Shown: positions 9,008 to 17,997, counted from the stretch's first letter. The stretch is DNA of 32,000 nt from Nostoc sp. PCC 7120 = FACHB-418 (GCF_000009705.1 NC_003272.1:5310001-5342000); one strand, 5' to 3'. Program-made: numbers and translations. Notes: generated by a model not told the origin, from the sequence alone.

Positions 9008-10249
9008 ATGTTTGCCAGAATCCGCCGTCTTGTCAATCAATTTTTTAGTAAGTCAAGAAAAATCAACAATGAACCTCTGAATAGAGTGAGTTTGATTGTC
9101 ATTATTTTGATTGATATTTTTATCTTAGTTAATGTTTTTACAGGTTTAGATGATATTAGTAGATGGCATCTCAGCCCTTCACAAGCTTATCCATGTTATT
9201 TCCAATGGCAGACTTATCGCACACAAACTAATAAAGATAAAGATTATGAAATTATTAGACAATCGCTGCTAGATAATATTAGTAATCTACCCAGTCAAAA
9301 ACAAACTTATCAACAAAATGAGGTAGACCGTCTGGGTAAGGTTTCTTCTACTTGCTTGCAGTATGGAGAATACATCGATAAAATCAAAACTCCTCAAAAT
9401 CAGCAAGCCATCAAAGGAATTGACCAGCGACAAGCACAAATAAGTAATCTTAAACAATCTAATAACCGGATTCGCGCCCAGTATGACTCTACACTCTTAG
9501 ACAAACTTGCCGGACAAGCTCCTGGCCAATCGATTAATCAAGTCCCAGCAGAAAAAGCTAAACAGGAGTTAGATAAAAATAATGTTAGAATTTCTCAGTT
9601 GGAAAAGGAAATATCTAATCTTAAAAATCAACTATTGACTCAAACAGAAAGTAAAAGTTTTATTGCCTTTCTGCAAAATAGGGGAGAATTTGCCACGGTT
9701 GAGCAAGGTTATAAACAAGCATCTTTTTGGTATCCCAGTATTCAACTTGCTTTTCAATCTCTGTTTTTGTTACCACTGATATTCGCAGCTTTATTAGTTC
9801 ATCAATTTTCTCAGCGTCGGGGTTACGGACTCATTGCTCTGATTAGCTGGCATTTATTAGTGATATTTTTTATCCCTTTAGTTCTAAAAATATTTGAATT
9901 TTTACAAGTAGGGGCAATATTTCAATTTTTCTTTGATGTTATTAGTGCTGTTTTTGGTAGTTTACTGTTCCTGGTCAGCTATGTTTATATATTATTGATT
10001 CCCTTGATTGGTTTTGGGATTATCAAGTTTTTCCAGAAAATTGTTCTTAATCCTAAACTACAAGCAGTTAATAGAATTCAAAAATCACGGTGTGTGAAGT
10101 GTGCGAAAAAAATTAGAGCTAATGATGCCTATTGTCCACACTGTGGTTATTATCAGTATATTGAATGTCAAAATTGTCACAACTTAACTTACAAGCATTT
10201 ACCACACTGTAAGCATTGCGGCACTTTACAAGATGTCGGTAATTCGTAG
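9008..10249 (+). CDS. Uncharacterised membrane protein with a coiled-coil region and C-terminal double zinc ribbon
   Basis: 413-aa ORF. It has a basic N-terminus plus a TM segment (LIVIILIDIFILVNVFTGL). A Q/N/K-rich coiled-coil-like segment covers about aa 130-215, followed by 3-5 hydrophobic segments at aa 245-345. The C-terminus carries CxxC pairs (CVKC...CPHC...CQNC...CKHC). Confidence 0.75.
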   Translation: MFARIRRLVNQFFSKSRKINNEPLNRVSLIVIILIDIFILVNVFTGLDDISRWHLSPSQAYPCYFQWQTYRTQTNKDKDYEIIRQSLLDNISNLPSQKQTYQQNEVDRLGKVSSTCLQYGEYIDKIKTPQNQQAIKGIDQRQAQISNLKQSNNRIRAQYDSTLLDKLAGQAPGQSINQVPAEKAKQELDKNNVRISQLEKEISNLKNQLLTQTESKSFIAFLQNRGEFATVEQGYKQASFWYPSIQLAFQSLFLLPLIFAALLVHQFSQRRGYGLIALISWHLLVIFFIPLVLKIFEFLQVGAIFQFFFDVISAVFGSLLFLVSYVYILLIPLIGFGIIKFFQKIVLNPKLQAVNRIQKSRCVKCAKKIRANDAYCPHCGYYQYIECQNCHNLTYKHLPHCKHCGTLQDVGNS

Positions 10250-10347
10250 TAGACAGGTGAGTGTTGATTGCTGACGGTCGACTAATGGGACTTAAACATA
10301 AAGATACACCCAACTCAAAGCAAAAAATAGATTACTACAATTTGGTA

Positions 10348-11526
10348 TTAGTGGCATAGGTTCATGATTGTTTGGTAGGCTTGGATAATTTGCCCTGCGA
10401 TCGCATCCCAGCTAAAATTTTGTAAGGCGTAATTTTGGGCGTTTAGTCCCCGACGTTGGCATTCTTGGGGATTTTGGAGTGCTTGTTGTAATAGTTCTAC
10501 CAGTGATTCTACCTCTGTTGTCCCTACCCAGCCGGATTCACTATCACGCACCTGTTGCCAAATATGTACTTGGTCGGAAATAATTACAGGTACACCTGCT
10601 ACCATTGCTTCGGCGACCGCAATACCAAAGTTTTCATAGTATGAAGGTAGGACAAATAAATCAGCCGCTTGTAGTAAACTAGCTTTTAACTCACCAGTGA
10701 CAAAGCCTGTGATGGTAGAGTGTGATCGCAGTGATGAATTACTAATTTGGTCTTTTATTTGCTGTTCATAATCTGGGTCTTGGGGGTTTGTTCCCGCTAA
10801 GACAAAATGAAAGTTATTCCCGATTGCTAATAGCTTCTCTAATGCAGGTATTAGTAAATTTAACCCTTTTTTTGGGTCTATCCGCGACATAAATAATATT
10901 AACGGTATATTCTCTGGAATACCTAATTGACTAATTAAGCTATTGTCTGCTTTTTTCTGTGGGGGAATAACACCCAACGGAATCACTAAATCATGCGTCG
11001 CCACTCCAAATCTAGCTGATACTTTCGCCTCTTGTTCGCTAGTAAAATGAATTGCTGCTGCACCAGATAAATTACGCCGTTCGATAATTTCGACATACAG
11101 CTTTTTTAATTGTTTTTTCTTCTGTAAATCAGCCGGGTCAAGAGTACCCAATGGGCGCAAAACATATGGTAACTTTTGTTGGCGACATATAGTAGCTGCA
11201 GCACTACTCACAGGAGAAAATAAAGCATGGATATGGGCTATATCATACTCACGGGCATGAATTTTTAACCAATTGAGTAAGTCTAAAGAAAATTTATAAC
11301 GTCGAAATGGAGAACAGCGAAAATATATTATTTCATAACCATCTTGTTTTATGGGAACATTCAAATTCACATCTAAAGGTTTTTGACCACTATCACCATT
11401 GCTATCAGTGGTAATGATTGTAACTTCTGCACCTGCTTTTACTAACGCTGGTGATAGTCCCAATACCATTTGACTAGGGCCACCATAAATCAAAGAAATA
11501 GATGGGACAATTTGTAAAATTTTCAT
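10348..11526 (-). CDS. Family 4 glycosyltransferase (group 1, GT-B fold)
   Basis: 392-aa ORF. The N-terminal Glyco_trans_4-like half starts MKILQIVPSISLIYGGPS. The C-terminal half has the E-x7-E-like region (LPSYYENFGIAVAEAMVAGVPVI). Confidence 0.9.
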   Translation of the reverse strand: MKILQIVPSISLIYGGPSQMVLGLSPALVKAGAEVTIITTDSNGDSGQKPLDVNLNVPIKQDGYEIIYFRCSPFRRYKFSLDLLNWLKIHAREYDIAHIHALFSPVSSAAATICRQQKLPYVLRPLGTLDPADLQKKKQLKKLYVEIIERRNLSGAAAIHFTSEQEAKVSARFGVATHDLVIPLGVIPPQKKADNSLISQLGIPENIPLILFMSRIDPKKGLNLLIPALEKLLAIGNNFHFVLAGTNPQDPDYEQQIKDQISNSSLRSHSTITGFVTGELKASLLQAADLFVLPSYYENFGIAVAEAMVAGVPVIISDQVHIWQQVRDSESGWVGTTEVESLVELLQQALQNPQECQRRGLNAQNYALQNFSWDAIAGQIIQAYQTIMNLCH

Positions 11527-11527
11527 T

Positions 11528-11611
11528 AGTTGTCAGTTGTCAGTTGTTAGTTCTTAGTTGTCAGTTGTCAGTTGCCAATGACCACTGACCATTGACTATT
11601 GACCATTGACC
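11528..11611. repeat. STRR-like composite tandem heptamer array: (AGTTGTC)x7 then (ATTGACC)x5
   Basis: Read directly from the sequence. Block A is 11528-11576 and block B is 11577-11611. The array fills the whole spacer between the ATG of the GT4 gene (11526) and the stop of the upstream fragment (11596). Block B encodes that fragment's last residues (ELVNGQ*). Confidence 0.9.
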
Positions 11612-12258
11612 AATTCTTGATAAAACTCAAATTGCTCTTTTGCTAAAGCTTTATTTGTATATTTAACCATAGCTTTTTGATAACCCCTTTCACCAATTTC
11701 TTTGGTTAAATCTGGTTGTTCAATAAGTTGCAATAAGCAATTTGCCAGCGCTTGAACATTGCCTTCAGGAAAGACTAAACCAGCATCACCAATGACATGG
11801 GGTATTTCGCCGGAATCAGAACCAATTACGGGAACTTGACAAGCCATCGCCTCAATTAACACATGACCAAATTGTTCTTTCCAACCAACAGAAGTTAAGG
11901 TCTTAAAGTTATAAGTCGTTTCTGAAGGCAGTACCAAAGTACTCATTAAATTAATGTAGTTGACAACTTCATTATGAGGGACACTTTCTATGAAAATTAC
12001 TCTATCTTGAATATTATTGTCTGTGGCAATTTTCATTAACTCTTCTTGTAAGGAACCACGACCTAATAATAGTAACTTCCAAGTTTTATCTAGAGGTAAC
12101 TTAGTTGATGCTTGCAAAAGTGTGAGTAAGCCCTTTTCTGGTACAAATCGCCCCACGAAGCCAATCACAAATTCATTTGCTTGAATACCTAACTTAGCCG
12201 CTAATTCTAGTTGTGCTTGAGGTGTAAATAAAGTTTCATCTATACCCAATTGAGGCAT
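11596..12258 (-). pseudogene. C-terminal fragment of a GT4 glycosyltransferase interrupted by an IS element
   Basis: 220-aa ORF with a Glycos_transf_1-like C-terminal half (GRFVPEKG ... LPSETTYNFKTLTSVGWKEQFGHVLIEAMACQVPVIGSDSGEIP). It lacks the N-terminal half, which lies at 13168..13686 on the other side of the IS. Confidence 0.85.
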
Positions 12259-12369
12259 AACTTTAATTTTCCCTTTAGAGGCTATTTATAAAGTAAATCT
12301 AAAGGAGAGCCATCAGATAAAAAGGCAGCGATAAGATACTGTTTGTAGAGTGTATTTACATAGGAAACA

Positions 12370-13163
12370 ATGAGACGAAAGTCTTATTCTACAGACCTTA
12401 ATGACTCAGAATGGGCAATTTTAGCTCCTTTGATTCCACCCGCTAAATGCGGTGGGCATCCCCGAACAACTGATATGCGAGAAGTATGCAACGCTATCTA
12501 CTACCATCTGAAAACAGGTTGTCAGTGGGATATGCTTCCAGGGGATTTTCCTCCTAGTTCAACTGTTTACAGCTACTATCGTAAATGGCAAAAACGAGGT
12601 ATCTGGGAGCAAATGAATCATACTTTGCGCGATCAAGTTCGTCAAAAAATGGGGAAGTCAACTCAACCCACGGCGATCGCGGCAGACAGCCAGTCGGTAA
12701 AAACGACTGAAAAAAGGGGGATGTGTACGGTTTTGATGGTGGCAAGAAGGTAAAAGGACGAAAGCGGCAAACTTTGGTTGATAGTCTGGGACTTTTGTTA
12801 AAAGTGGTTGTAAGTGAAGCAAATGCTGGAGAAAGATTACTTGCCGCCTATACTTTGATGGAACTGTTAGAAGAGCGTCCAGAATTACTGGAAAAAGTTG
12901 AAGTCATCTGGGTTGATTCCGGCTATGACGGTGATAAATTTGCGCTCTCTGTTTGGCTGATGATTCAAGCTCATGTTGAGGTAATCCGGCGTACTAATCA
13001 AGAATTTCAGGTTTTGCCCAAACGGTGGGTAGTAGAAAGAACATTTGGCTGGTTAAACCAGTACCGTCGTCTCAGTAAGGATTATGAGCGTCTCCCAGAA
13101 ATGAGTGAGGCTGCCATATATGCCGTTATGACTCGTATTATGCTACGTCGTCTAGTCGTCTAA
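12370..13163 (+). CDS. IS5-family transposase, orfA-orfB fusion through a programmed -1 frameshift
   Basis: orfA (12370..12753) has the N-terminal motif typical of IS5-type transposases (LNDSEWAILAPLIP ... YYHLKTGCQWDMLP ... VYSYYRKWQKRGIW). The -1 frame (ORF track 12723..13163, open from about 12714) has DDE-domain motifs (GFDGGKKVKGRKR ... VWVDSGYDG ... RWVVERTFGWLNQYRRLSKDYE). The fusion would be about 264 aa. Confidence 0.85.
12710..12716 (+). other. Candidate -1 ribosomal frameshift slippery run (AAAAAAG) in the IS transposase
   Basis: The sequence at 12709-12720 is GAAAAAAGGGGG. The run sits exactly where the orfA and orfB frames overlap. Confidence 0.6.
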
Positions 13164-13167
13164 AGAT

Positions 13168-13686
13168 TTACTTTATAAATGGTCTCTTATATCCCCGTTG
13201 TCTTAAAACCCCAGCGCCATCTTGATTGCCAGAAATAATGCCGTGGCTATGGTTAAGGTTATACTTTTCTAATAAAGCAATTGGTAGTTTTAACTCGTAA
13301 GGTAAATTCCACCAAGTAAAAAAGATGTTTTTTGCCTTCAGACCTAATAATTGATTTAAGGCAATCATTTGAGCATATGCAAGACCCCTAGAGCCTTGTT
13401 CTACTTGAATAATTTGGGGGCGAAATTGCTTTAATAAAGATATTAAATCAGCCCCAAAAGTAAGTAGGCCTTGATGATTTTGACTAAAATTGGAAACTGG
13501 AACTATCTTAAAAGCACCTTCATCACGGTACTGGGTTTCAATAATTTTGTTTTGAACGCCACCAGGTTTCCAGGTTTTAGGAACTACAACTGTGACTTCA
13601 ATTCCCGGTTCTAATTGAGATAAAGCCCTTAGTTTTTCACAGTTGAGGTCTACAATATAAGTATGACTGGCAACTAAAATTTTCAT
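13168..13686 (-). pseudogene. N-terminal fragment of the GT4 glycosyltransferase interrupted by the IS element
   Basis: 172-aa ORF with a Glyco_trans_4-like N-terminal half (MKILVASHTYIV...). The last 5 residues (RPFIK*) are read-through into the right end of the IS. Confidence 0.85.
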
Positions 13687-13690
13687 AAGT

Positions 13691-13767
13691 ATTTGTTAGT
13701 TGTTAGTTGTCAGTTGTCATTAGCTATTGACCATTGACTCTTGACTCTTGATAATTGATTCTTGATC
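13691..13767. repeat. STRR-like composite tandem heptamer array: (AGTTGTY)n then (MTTGAYY)n
   Basis: It has the same architecture and orientation as 11528-11611. Block A is about 13691-13718 and block B about 13726-13767. The array spans the spacer between the ATG at 13686 and the stop at 13720, and encodes the C-terminus of the GT2 protein (SQESMVNS*). Confidence 0.85.
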
Positions 13768-14733
13768 AAGACGACTATAAATTTGACCATCATGCCAATT
13801 TGACTGGATAACACTCCCTAAGGCTCTGAAAAAACCTAAGATATAGAATATGCCACGGGTGATAATTTTGATGGGAGAACCGCTTTTGTGACAAGGGGGA
13901 CGACCAAGGACGTGACAATCAAATAAACGGGCGTATAGGCGTAAAGCTTGGCTAAAATTGAGATTTTTCAATCCTAATAGGAAATGATTGTGATAGAAAG
14001 TGAACTGATATTTGAGCGATCGCATACTAATATCATGGCAACCTCCTGTTTCTTCCCCTAAGTGGATTAAATCTGCCTCTGGGTCATACCAAATTTTATA
14101 CCCTGTCTGCCGCAACCTTAAACAAAAGTCTGACTCTTCGCGGACTGCACTACCGCGAAACCTTTCATCAAACCTGAGTCCGTGCTTAGTAAAAATTTCC
14201 CGACGGAAAGACATATTACACCCCCTAGCCGTCAACACTTGCTGGGGTTTAATTGTATGCACTAAGTCAATATGATACCAAGCGACTCCTGGGTCCATCG
14301 CTTCAGGTGGGAGATATTCAATCTCCAAATTTCCACCAGAATCACCTAATTTCATTCTGTCAAATACCCTACCCGCTACAGATCCTACATCGGGATTTTG
14401 TACGTAATTTTTTGCATGGGCTGCTAAAAATCCGGGCTTTAATTTGACATCATCATCAATAAATAAAATTATTTCTCCAGATGCTCGCCGTATAGCATAA
14501 TTACGCGCGCCTGGCAAACTAGCCCAATCTAAGCGAAACCACTTAACTTTACCTGCTGCGGCTACTTCTTCTAAGTAAGTTTCGATTTCTGGTTTGTGTT
14601 TTGGCGACTGGTCTACTACCAAAACTTCATATTTGGGATAATCCTGATTTAAGACATCGACAATGCTATCCCTGAGGATTTCCTCTCGCCCGTAGGTTGG
14701 TATGACTACGCTAATCAAAGGCAAATTACTCAT
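13720..14733 (-). CDS. Family 2 glycosyltransferase
   Basis: 337-aa ORF with the GT2 signature (LISVVIPTYGREEIL...) and a DDD motif (ILFIDDDVKL). Confidence 0.85.
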   Translation of the reverse strand: MSNLPLISVVIPTYGREEILRDSIVDVLNQDYPKYEVLVVDQSPKHKPEIETYLEEVAAAGKVKWFRLDWASLPGARNYAIRRASGEIILFIDDDVKLKPGFLAAHAKNYVQNPDVGSVAGRVFDRMKLGDSGGNLEIEYLPPEAMDPGVAWYHIDLVHTIKPQQVLTARGCNMSFRREIFTKHGLRFDERFRGSAVREESDFCLRLRQTGYKIWYDPEADLIHLGEETGGCHDISMRSLKYQFTFYHNHFLLGLKNLNFSQALRLYARLFDCHVLGRPPCHKSGSPIKIITRGIFYILGFFRALGSVIQSNWHDGQIYSRLDQESIIKSQESMVNS

Positions 14734-14831
14734 AACGACTTTCCACCTAGTTTAAATTTGTTTGCTGAGAGAATAGTCTGCCATAAATAACCTTGTCATA
14801 TTTATTTCTCGTATAGTGAGAGTCTAGTCTA

Positions 14832-16490
14832 TCAAAACTTTAATTGTGGACGCTTTTTCTTGTTCTTGTGTTGAGGGTCAGCATTTTCCTTTTCTTGTTT
14901 ATCGATGACTGGCAATTTAAACAATATGCCGGCGAAAAACCAGTAGTATACAGCTACCGGGTCAACGTCTAGAGGATAGTAGTAAGTGTTATAGCTAATA
15001 AACAATATAAACACCCACATAGCAGCCGCATAAGTACGTAAATTACGGTCTTTGATTGAGCGATAGGCTTTGTGACCAGCAATTGTTATGGTAGTTACTA
15101 ATGCTAAGAAACTAAATGTTCCCGCGAAACCCACTTCGTACAGGAGTTTAGGGTAATAAGTCTCAATCAACCTAGTTGAACCCAAAGTACGAGCGGAGTT
15201 AGTAGCTCGACCTAGTCCATTACCTAGAGGATTACCTGTACTTCTCAAGGTGTCTTCAAACTGCTGGACAATAAATTCCTGGGGCGGTGATGCTTCCCAA
15301 CGACTTGCCAAACTATTGACCCGTTCTTCTACAACCGCAGGGTTACTAGCCATAGCGATCGCTAGTAGAGCCGCTAGACCTGCACCAATAGGAATAAAGC
15401 GTTTCAGGTTACCGATTTGACCTGTAAGTAAGAGCAGAATGATAAAACAGACAGGCACTAAGACCAAGGCAATTCTTTGTCCAGAGACAACTGCATTGAT
15501 AAATACAGTCGCCATAGAACCTAAACTAATGAACCGCCAAATGATGGAAGGATCAGAAAAACCTGTAGCGAAAGCCAGAAAAGTACTAGAAATTAAAAAC
15601 CATGCCCACTGCCAAGGAGCTACAAAGGTTCCGGGCAATCTAATCATGCCCTGGCTGGGACTGTATACTAAGGAACCACCAATATAACAACGTGCTTCTA
15701 ATGTTGCTCTAAATAAAGCATTCCCTTCAGCATATCTAGTACCTTCACATATACCAGTTAGCAGTAAAAGATACTGAAAAATACCCAGTACACCACATAT
15801 CAAAATCAGACTGACTTGTAGGCGTGATATGAACAAAAAGTCCTTTTTATCCTTCATTAAGTAGTAAACACAACCCATCAGAGGTAAATAACCTAAAAGC
15901 ACTTTTAGCCCCAAAATACCCATACCTAAAGGTATTTCATTGCTGGCTTGTTTAAATGGGCCAAGATCAGGAGGGCTAAACTGTTGCCCACCATTGACAA
16001 AAACCAGTGTTAGAAGACACACACCTAGCAGAATAAATAGGGGTGTTCTAATGGCTGGAGGAACGATTAAAGGTAATTTTTGTTTACGGCAAGCTTGCCA
16101 AATGGCAATTAGGGCTGGAAAGTAGAACGCATCTTTTGCTAATTGCAGAATTGGACTGTTACCAATGTAGTAAGTGATAGTACCACCAGCAGGTACGTAT
16201 ATTAAGAACGCGATCAGTCCCATACGGGGGTATTTGTAGCAAAGGGACATGATAATAATCCCTAAGACAAGGGGAACTGCTGTTTTAATTCCAGCTACTA
16301 AAAATACTGCCAGCCCAACAAAAAGGCTAATAAATGTAACAGTACTCAGTGTGCTAATAAGTTCTTTTCGTGCTTGGGTCGCTTTGCGTTTTTGGGCTAG
16401 TCGTTCTTTGATACTCAGGCTGGGAGTTTCTGCCTGAGACTGCTGTGCCGACTTTTTAAAACCCTTGGTTTTTGTTTTGAATACTGTCAT
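14832..16490 (-). CDS. O-antigen ligase / Wzy-type polymerase-like polytopic membrane protein
   Basis: 552-aa ORF with about 10 or more hydrophobic segments and a larger loop of the kind seen in Wzy_C proteins. Both termini are basic. It sits among glycosyltransferase genes. Confidence 0.65.
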   Translation of the reverse strand: MTVFKTKTKGFKKSAQQSQAETPSLSIKERLAQKRKATQARKELISTLSTVTFISLFVGLAVFLVAGIKTAVPLVLGIIIMSLCYKYPRMGLIAFLIYVPAGGTITYYIGNSPILQLAKDAFYFPALIAIWQACRKQKLPLIVPPAIRTPLFILLGVCLLTLVFVNGGQQFSPPDLGPFKQASNEIPLGMGILGLKVLLGYLPLMGCVYYLMKDKKDFLFISRLQVSLILICGVLGIFQYLLLLTGICEGTRYAEGNALFRATLEARCYIGGSLVYSPSQGMIRLPGTFVAPWQWAWFLISSTFLAFATGFSDPSIIWRFISLGSMATVFINAVVSGQRIALVLVPVCFIILLLLTGQIGNLKRFIPIGAGLAALLAIAMASNPAVVEERVNSLASRWEASPPQEFIVQQFEDTLRSTGNPLGNGLGRATNSARTLGSTRLIETYYPKLLYEVGFAGTFSFLALVTTITIAGHKAYRSIKDRNLRTYAAAMWVFILFISYNTYYYPLDVDPVAVYYWFFAGILFKLPVIDKQEKENADPQHKNKKKRPQLKF

Positions 16491-16656
16491 AGAGGCATTT
16501 TATTCTATGGCCTAGACTTTATCATTTTGTTCAACTGCACTCCGAGCGATGCGGGTGTTATGGCCAGGTCACACCGACTCGCCATTTAACTACTAAAGCA
16601 TTGATACAATTTCCCTTCTTTAATAAATGAAGATTCTTAAAAATAACTTGATGAAT

Positions 16657-17997
16657 TTATGAAAATTTTAATACTTTACTTTTACCAGGATTCATTAACC
16701 CGTAAGGGTCAACAATTTCCTTAAATTTTAACTGCTCAGGGTCAATAACTTTCCTGCCGCCGTCTTCAATAATATATGTGTGGGGATTGGCAATAAATAC
16801 GCCTTTAGCTTCGTGGTAGCGGATGATTTCATTTAGGCGTTCTTCTGTGGAGTAGCGTACAAGTTGTAAAGCCGCAGGTACTACCACACCATTAACGCGA
16901 ATAAATTCTAAATGAACCATCACTTCATCACCAAAGTAATGATATAAATCCGCGACTAATTCCAAGCCTTTATCCGCAGGAATGATGCTTTGTAAGTATG
17001 TAAGGGAAGTATCTACATTTCGGGCGTGTAACGTAGTGTGGTTCCAAGTAAATTCAGCTAGATTTAATCCCTTACCTGCTTCCTGGGCTGGCTTTTGGTA
17101 GGTGATTTGTCCGCCATATTGCTGGACTAACCCAGGTAATGATTCTAAACTGGGTTCGGCAACTATTAAAAAAGCTGGGTGAGTATCTTTAGGGATGTAT
17201 GGCTGTAGCGGGTGGAAATATTGAGGAATTGGTGATGCAAAGATAGTTACTAGCTTTTTAATCATGCCATCGGCATTAGCTAAGGTTTGTCCAAACTTGG
17301 CGGCTGTGATGAAGTCGTCGAAGGTGACAATTACTTCAGCCCAAGGATAGGCGGGCCCCAGAGGAATTTCTACTTGTGTGATAATGCCGTTAATTCCCCA
17401 AGCATGGTTTACTTTCTGCACATCGTCGCCGCGTAACTCAATGACACGGGGTTCTGTTTCTAAGGTGACAACTCGCAATCCTAAAAGATTACCGCGATCG
17501 CCTAATAAACCATATTGTACTGAACCAATACCACCACTACCACCTGCAATAAATCCCCCAATTGTGGCTGTACGATAAGTAGAAGGTGCCATCCGCATTT
17601 CCCAGCCAATTTCTCGTGCTTTTTTATCTAAAGCGGCTAATTTCACCCCTGCTTCTACCCTAGCTACACCTGGTTTTACCCACAGGATTTCTTGTAATTT
17701 TGTCATCTCTAAAATGACACCTCCATGTAGAGGTACGCACTGCCCATAGTTTCCCGTTCCCGCCCCTCTGACAGTTACAGGTACGCGATGTTCTGCACAA
17801 ATAGCAGCAACTTTGATGACTTCTTGTTCGTTGGCGGGACGGACTACAATATCACCAACTTTGCCTGCTAGTTTCGGGACAAGTACGGGGCTAAAGGTAT
17901 GGTAGTCCTGGGATAATTTTGCTACTTGATTGGGTTCGGTGATAGTTTCAATACCTTCTAGGGAGTTAATGAGGACATCCAAGTTTTTGATCGTCAT
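16657..17997 (-). CDS. FAD-binding oxidoreductase (FAD_binding_4 / GlcD-like)
   Basis: The ORF is open to 18033 (458 aa). The ATG at 17997 (MTIKNLDVL...) is preceded by AAGGA at a suitable distance, so I prefer it as the start. The FAD-binding region reads VTVRGAGTGNYGQCVPL ... TIGGFIAGGSGGIGS. Confidence 0.8.
   Translation of the reverse strand: MTIKNLDVLINSLEGIETITEPNQVAKLSQDYHTFSPVLVPKLAGKVGDIVVRPANEQEVIKVAAICAEHRVPVTVRGAGTGNYGQCVPLHGGVILEMTKLQEILWVKPGVARVEAGVKLAALDKKAREIGWEMRMAPSTYRTATIGGFIAGGSGGIGSVQYGLLGDRGNLLGLRVVTLETEPRVIELRGDDVQKVNHAWGINGIITQVEIPLGPAYPWAEVIVTFDDFITAAKFGQTLANADGMIKKLVTIFASPIPQYFHPLQPYIPKDTHPAFLIVAEPSLESLPGLVQQYGGQITYQKPAQEAGKGLNLAEFTWNHTTLHARNVDTSLTYLQSIIPADKGLELVADLYHYFGDEVMVHLEFIRVNGVVVPAALQLVRYSTEERLNEIIRYHEAKGVFIANPHTYIIEDGGRKVIDPEQLKFKEIVDPYGLMNPGKSKVLKFS

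Larger units (their letters stand above)
12278..13186 (+). mobile_element. IS5-family insertion sequence (IS427/IS1031-like), 909 bp
   Basis: The terminal inverted repeats are GAGGCTATTTATAAAGTAAATCT (12278-12300) and the complement of 13164-13186, matching at 21 of 23 positions. A 3-bp direct TTA flanks the element at 12275-12277 and 13187-13189. Two overlapping transposase ORFs lie inside. Confidence 0.9.

Noticed and set aside
11528-11611. Heptamer arrays (also 13691-13767 and 20538-20614) as possible CRISPR arrays
   Set aside because: The period is 7 bp with no unique spacers, and there are no cas genes. These are simple tandem STRR-type repeats.
12554-12745. 63-aa minus-strand ORF inside the IS
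   Set aside because: It is antisense to transposase orfA and has no motif.
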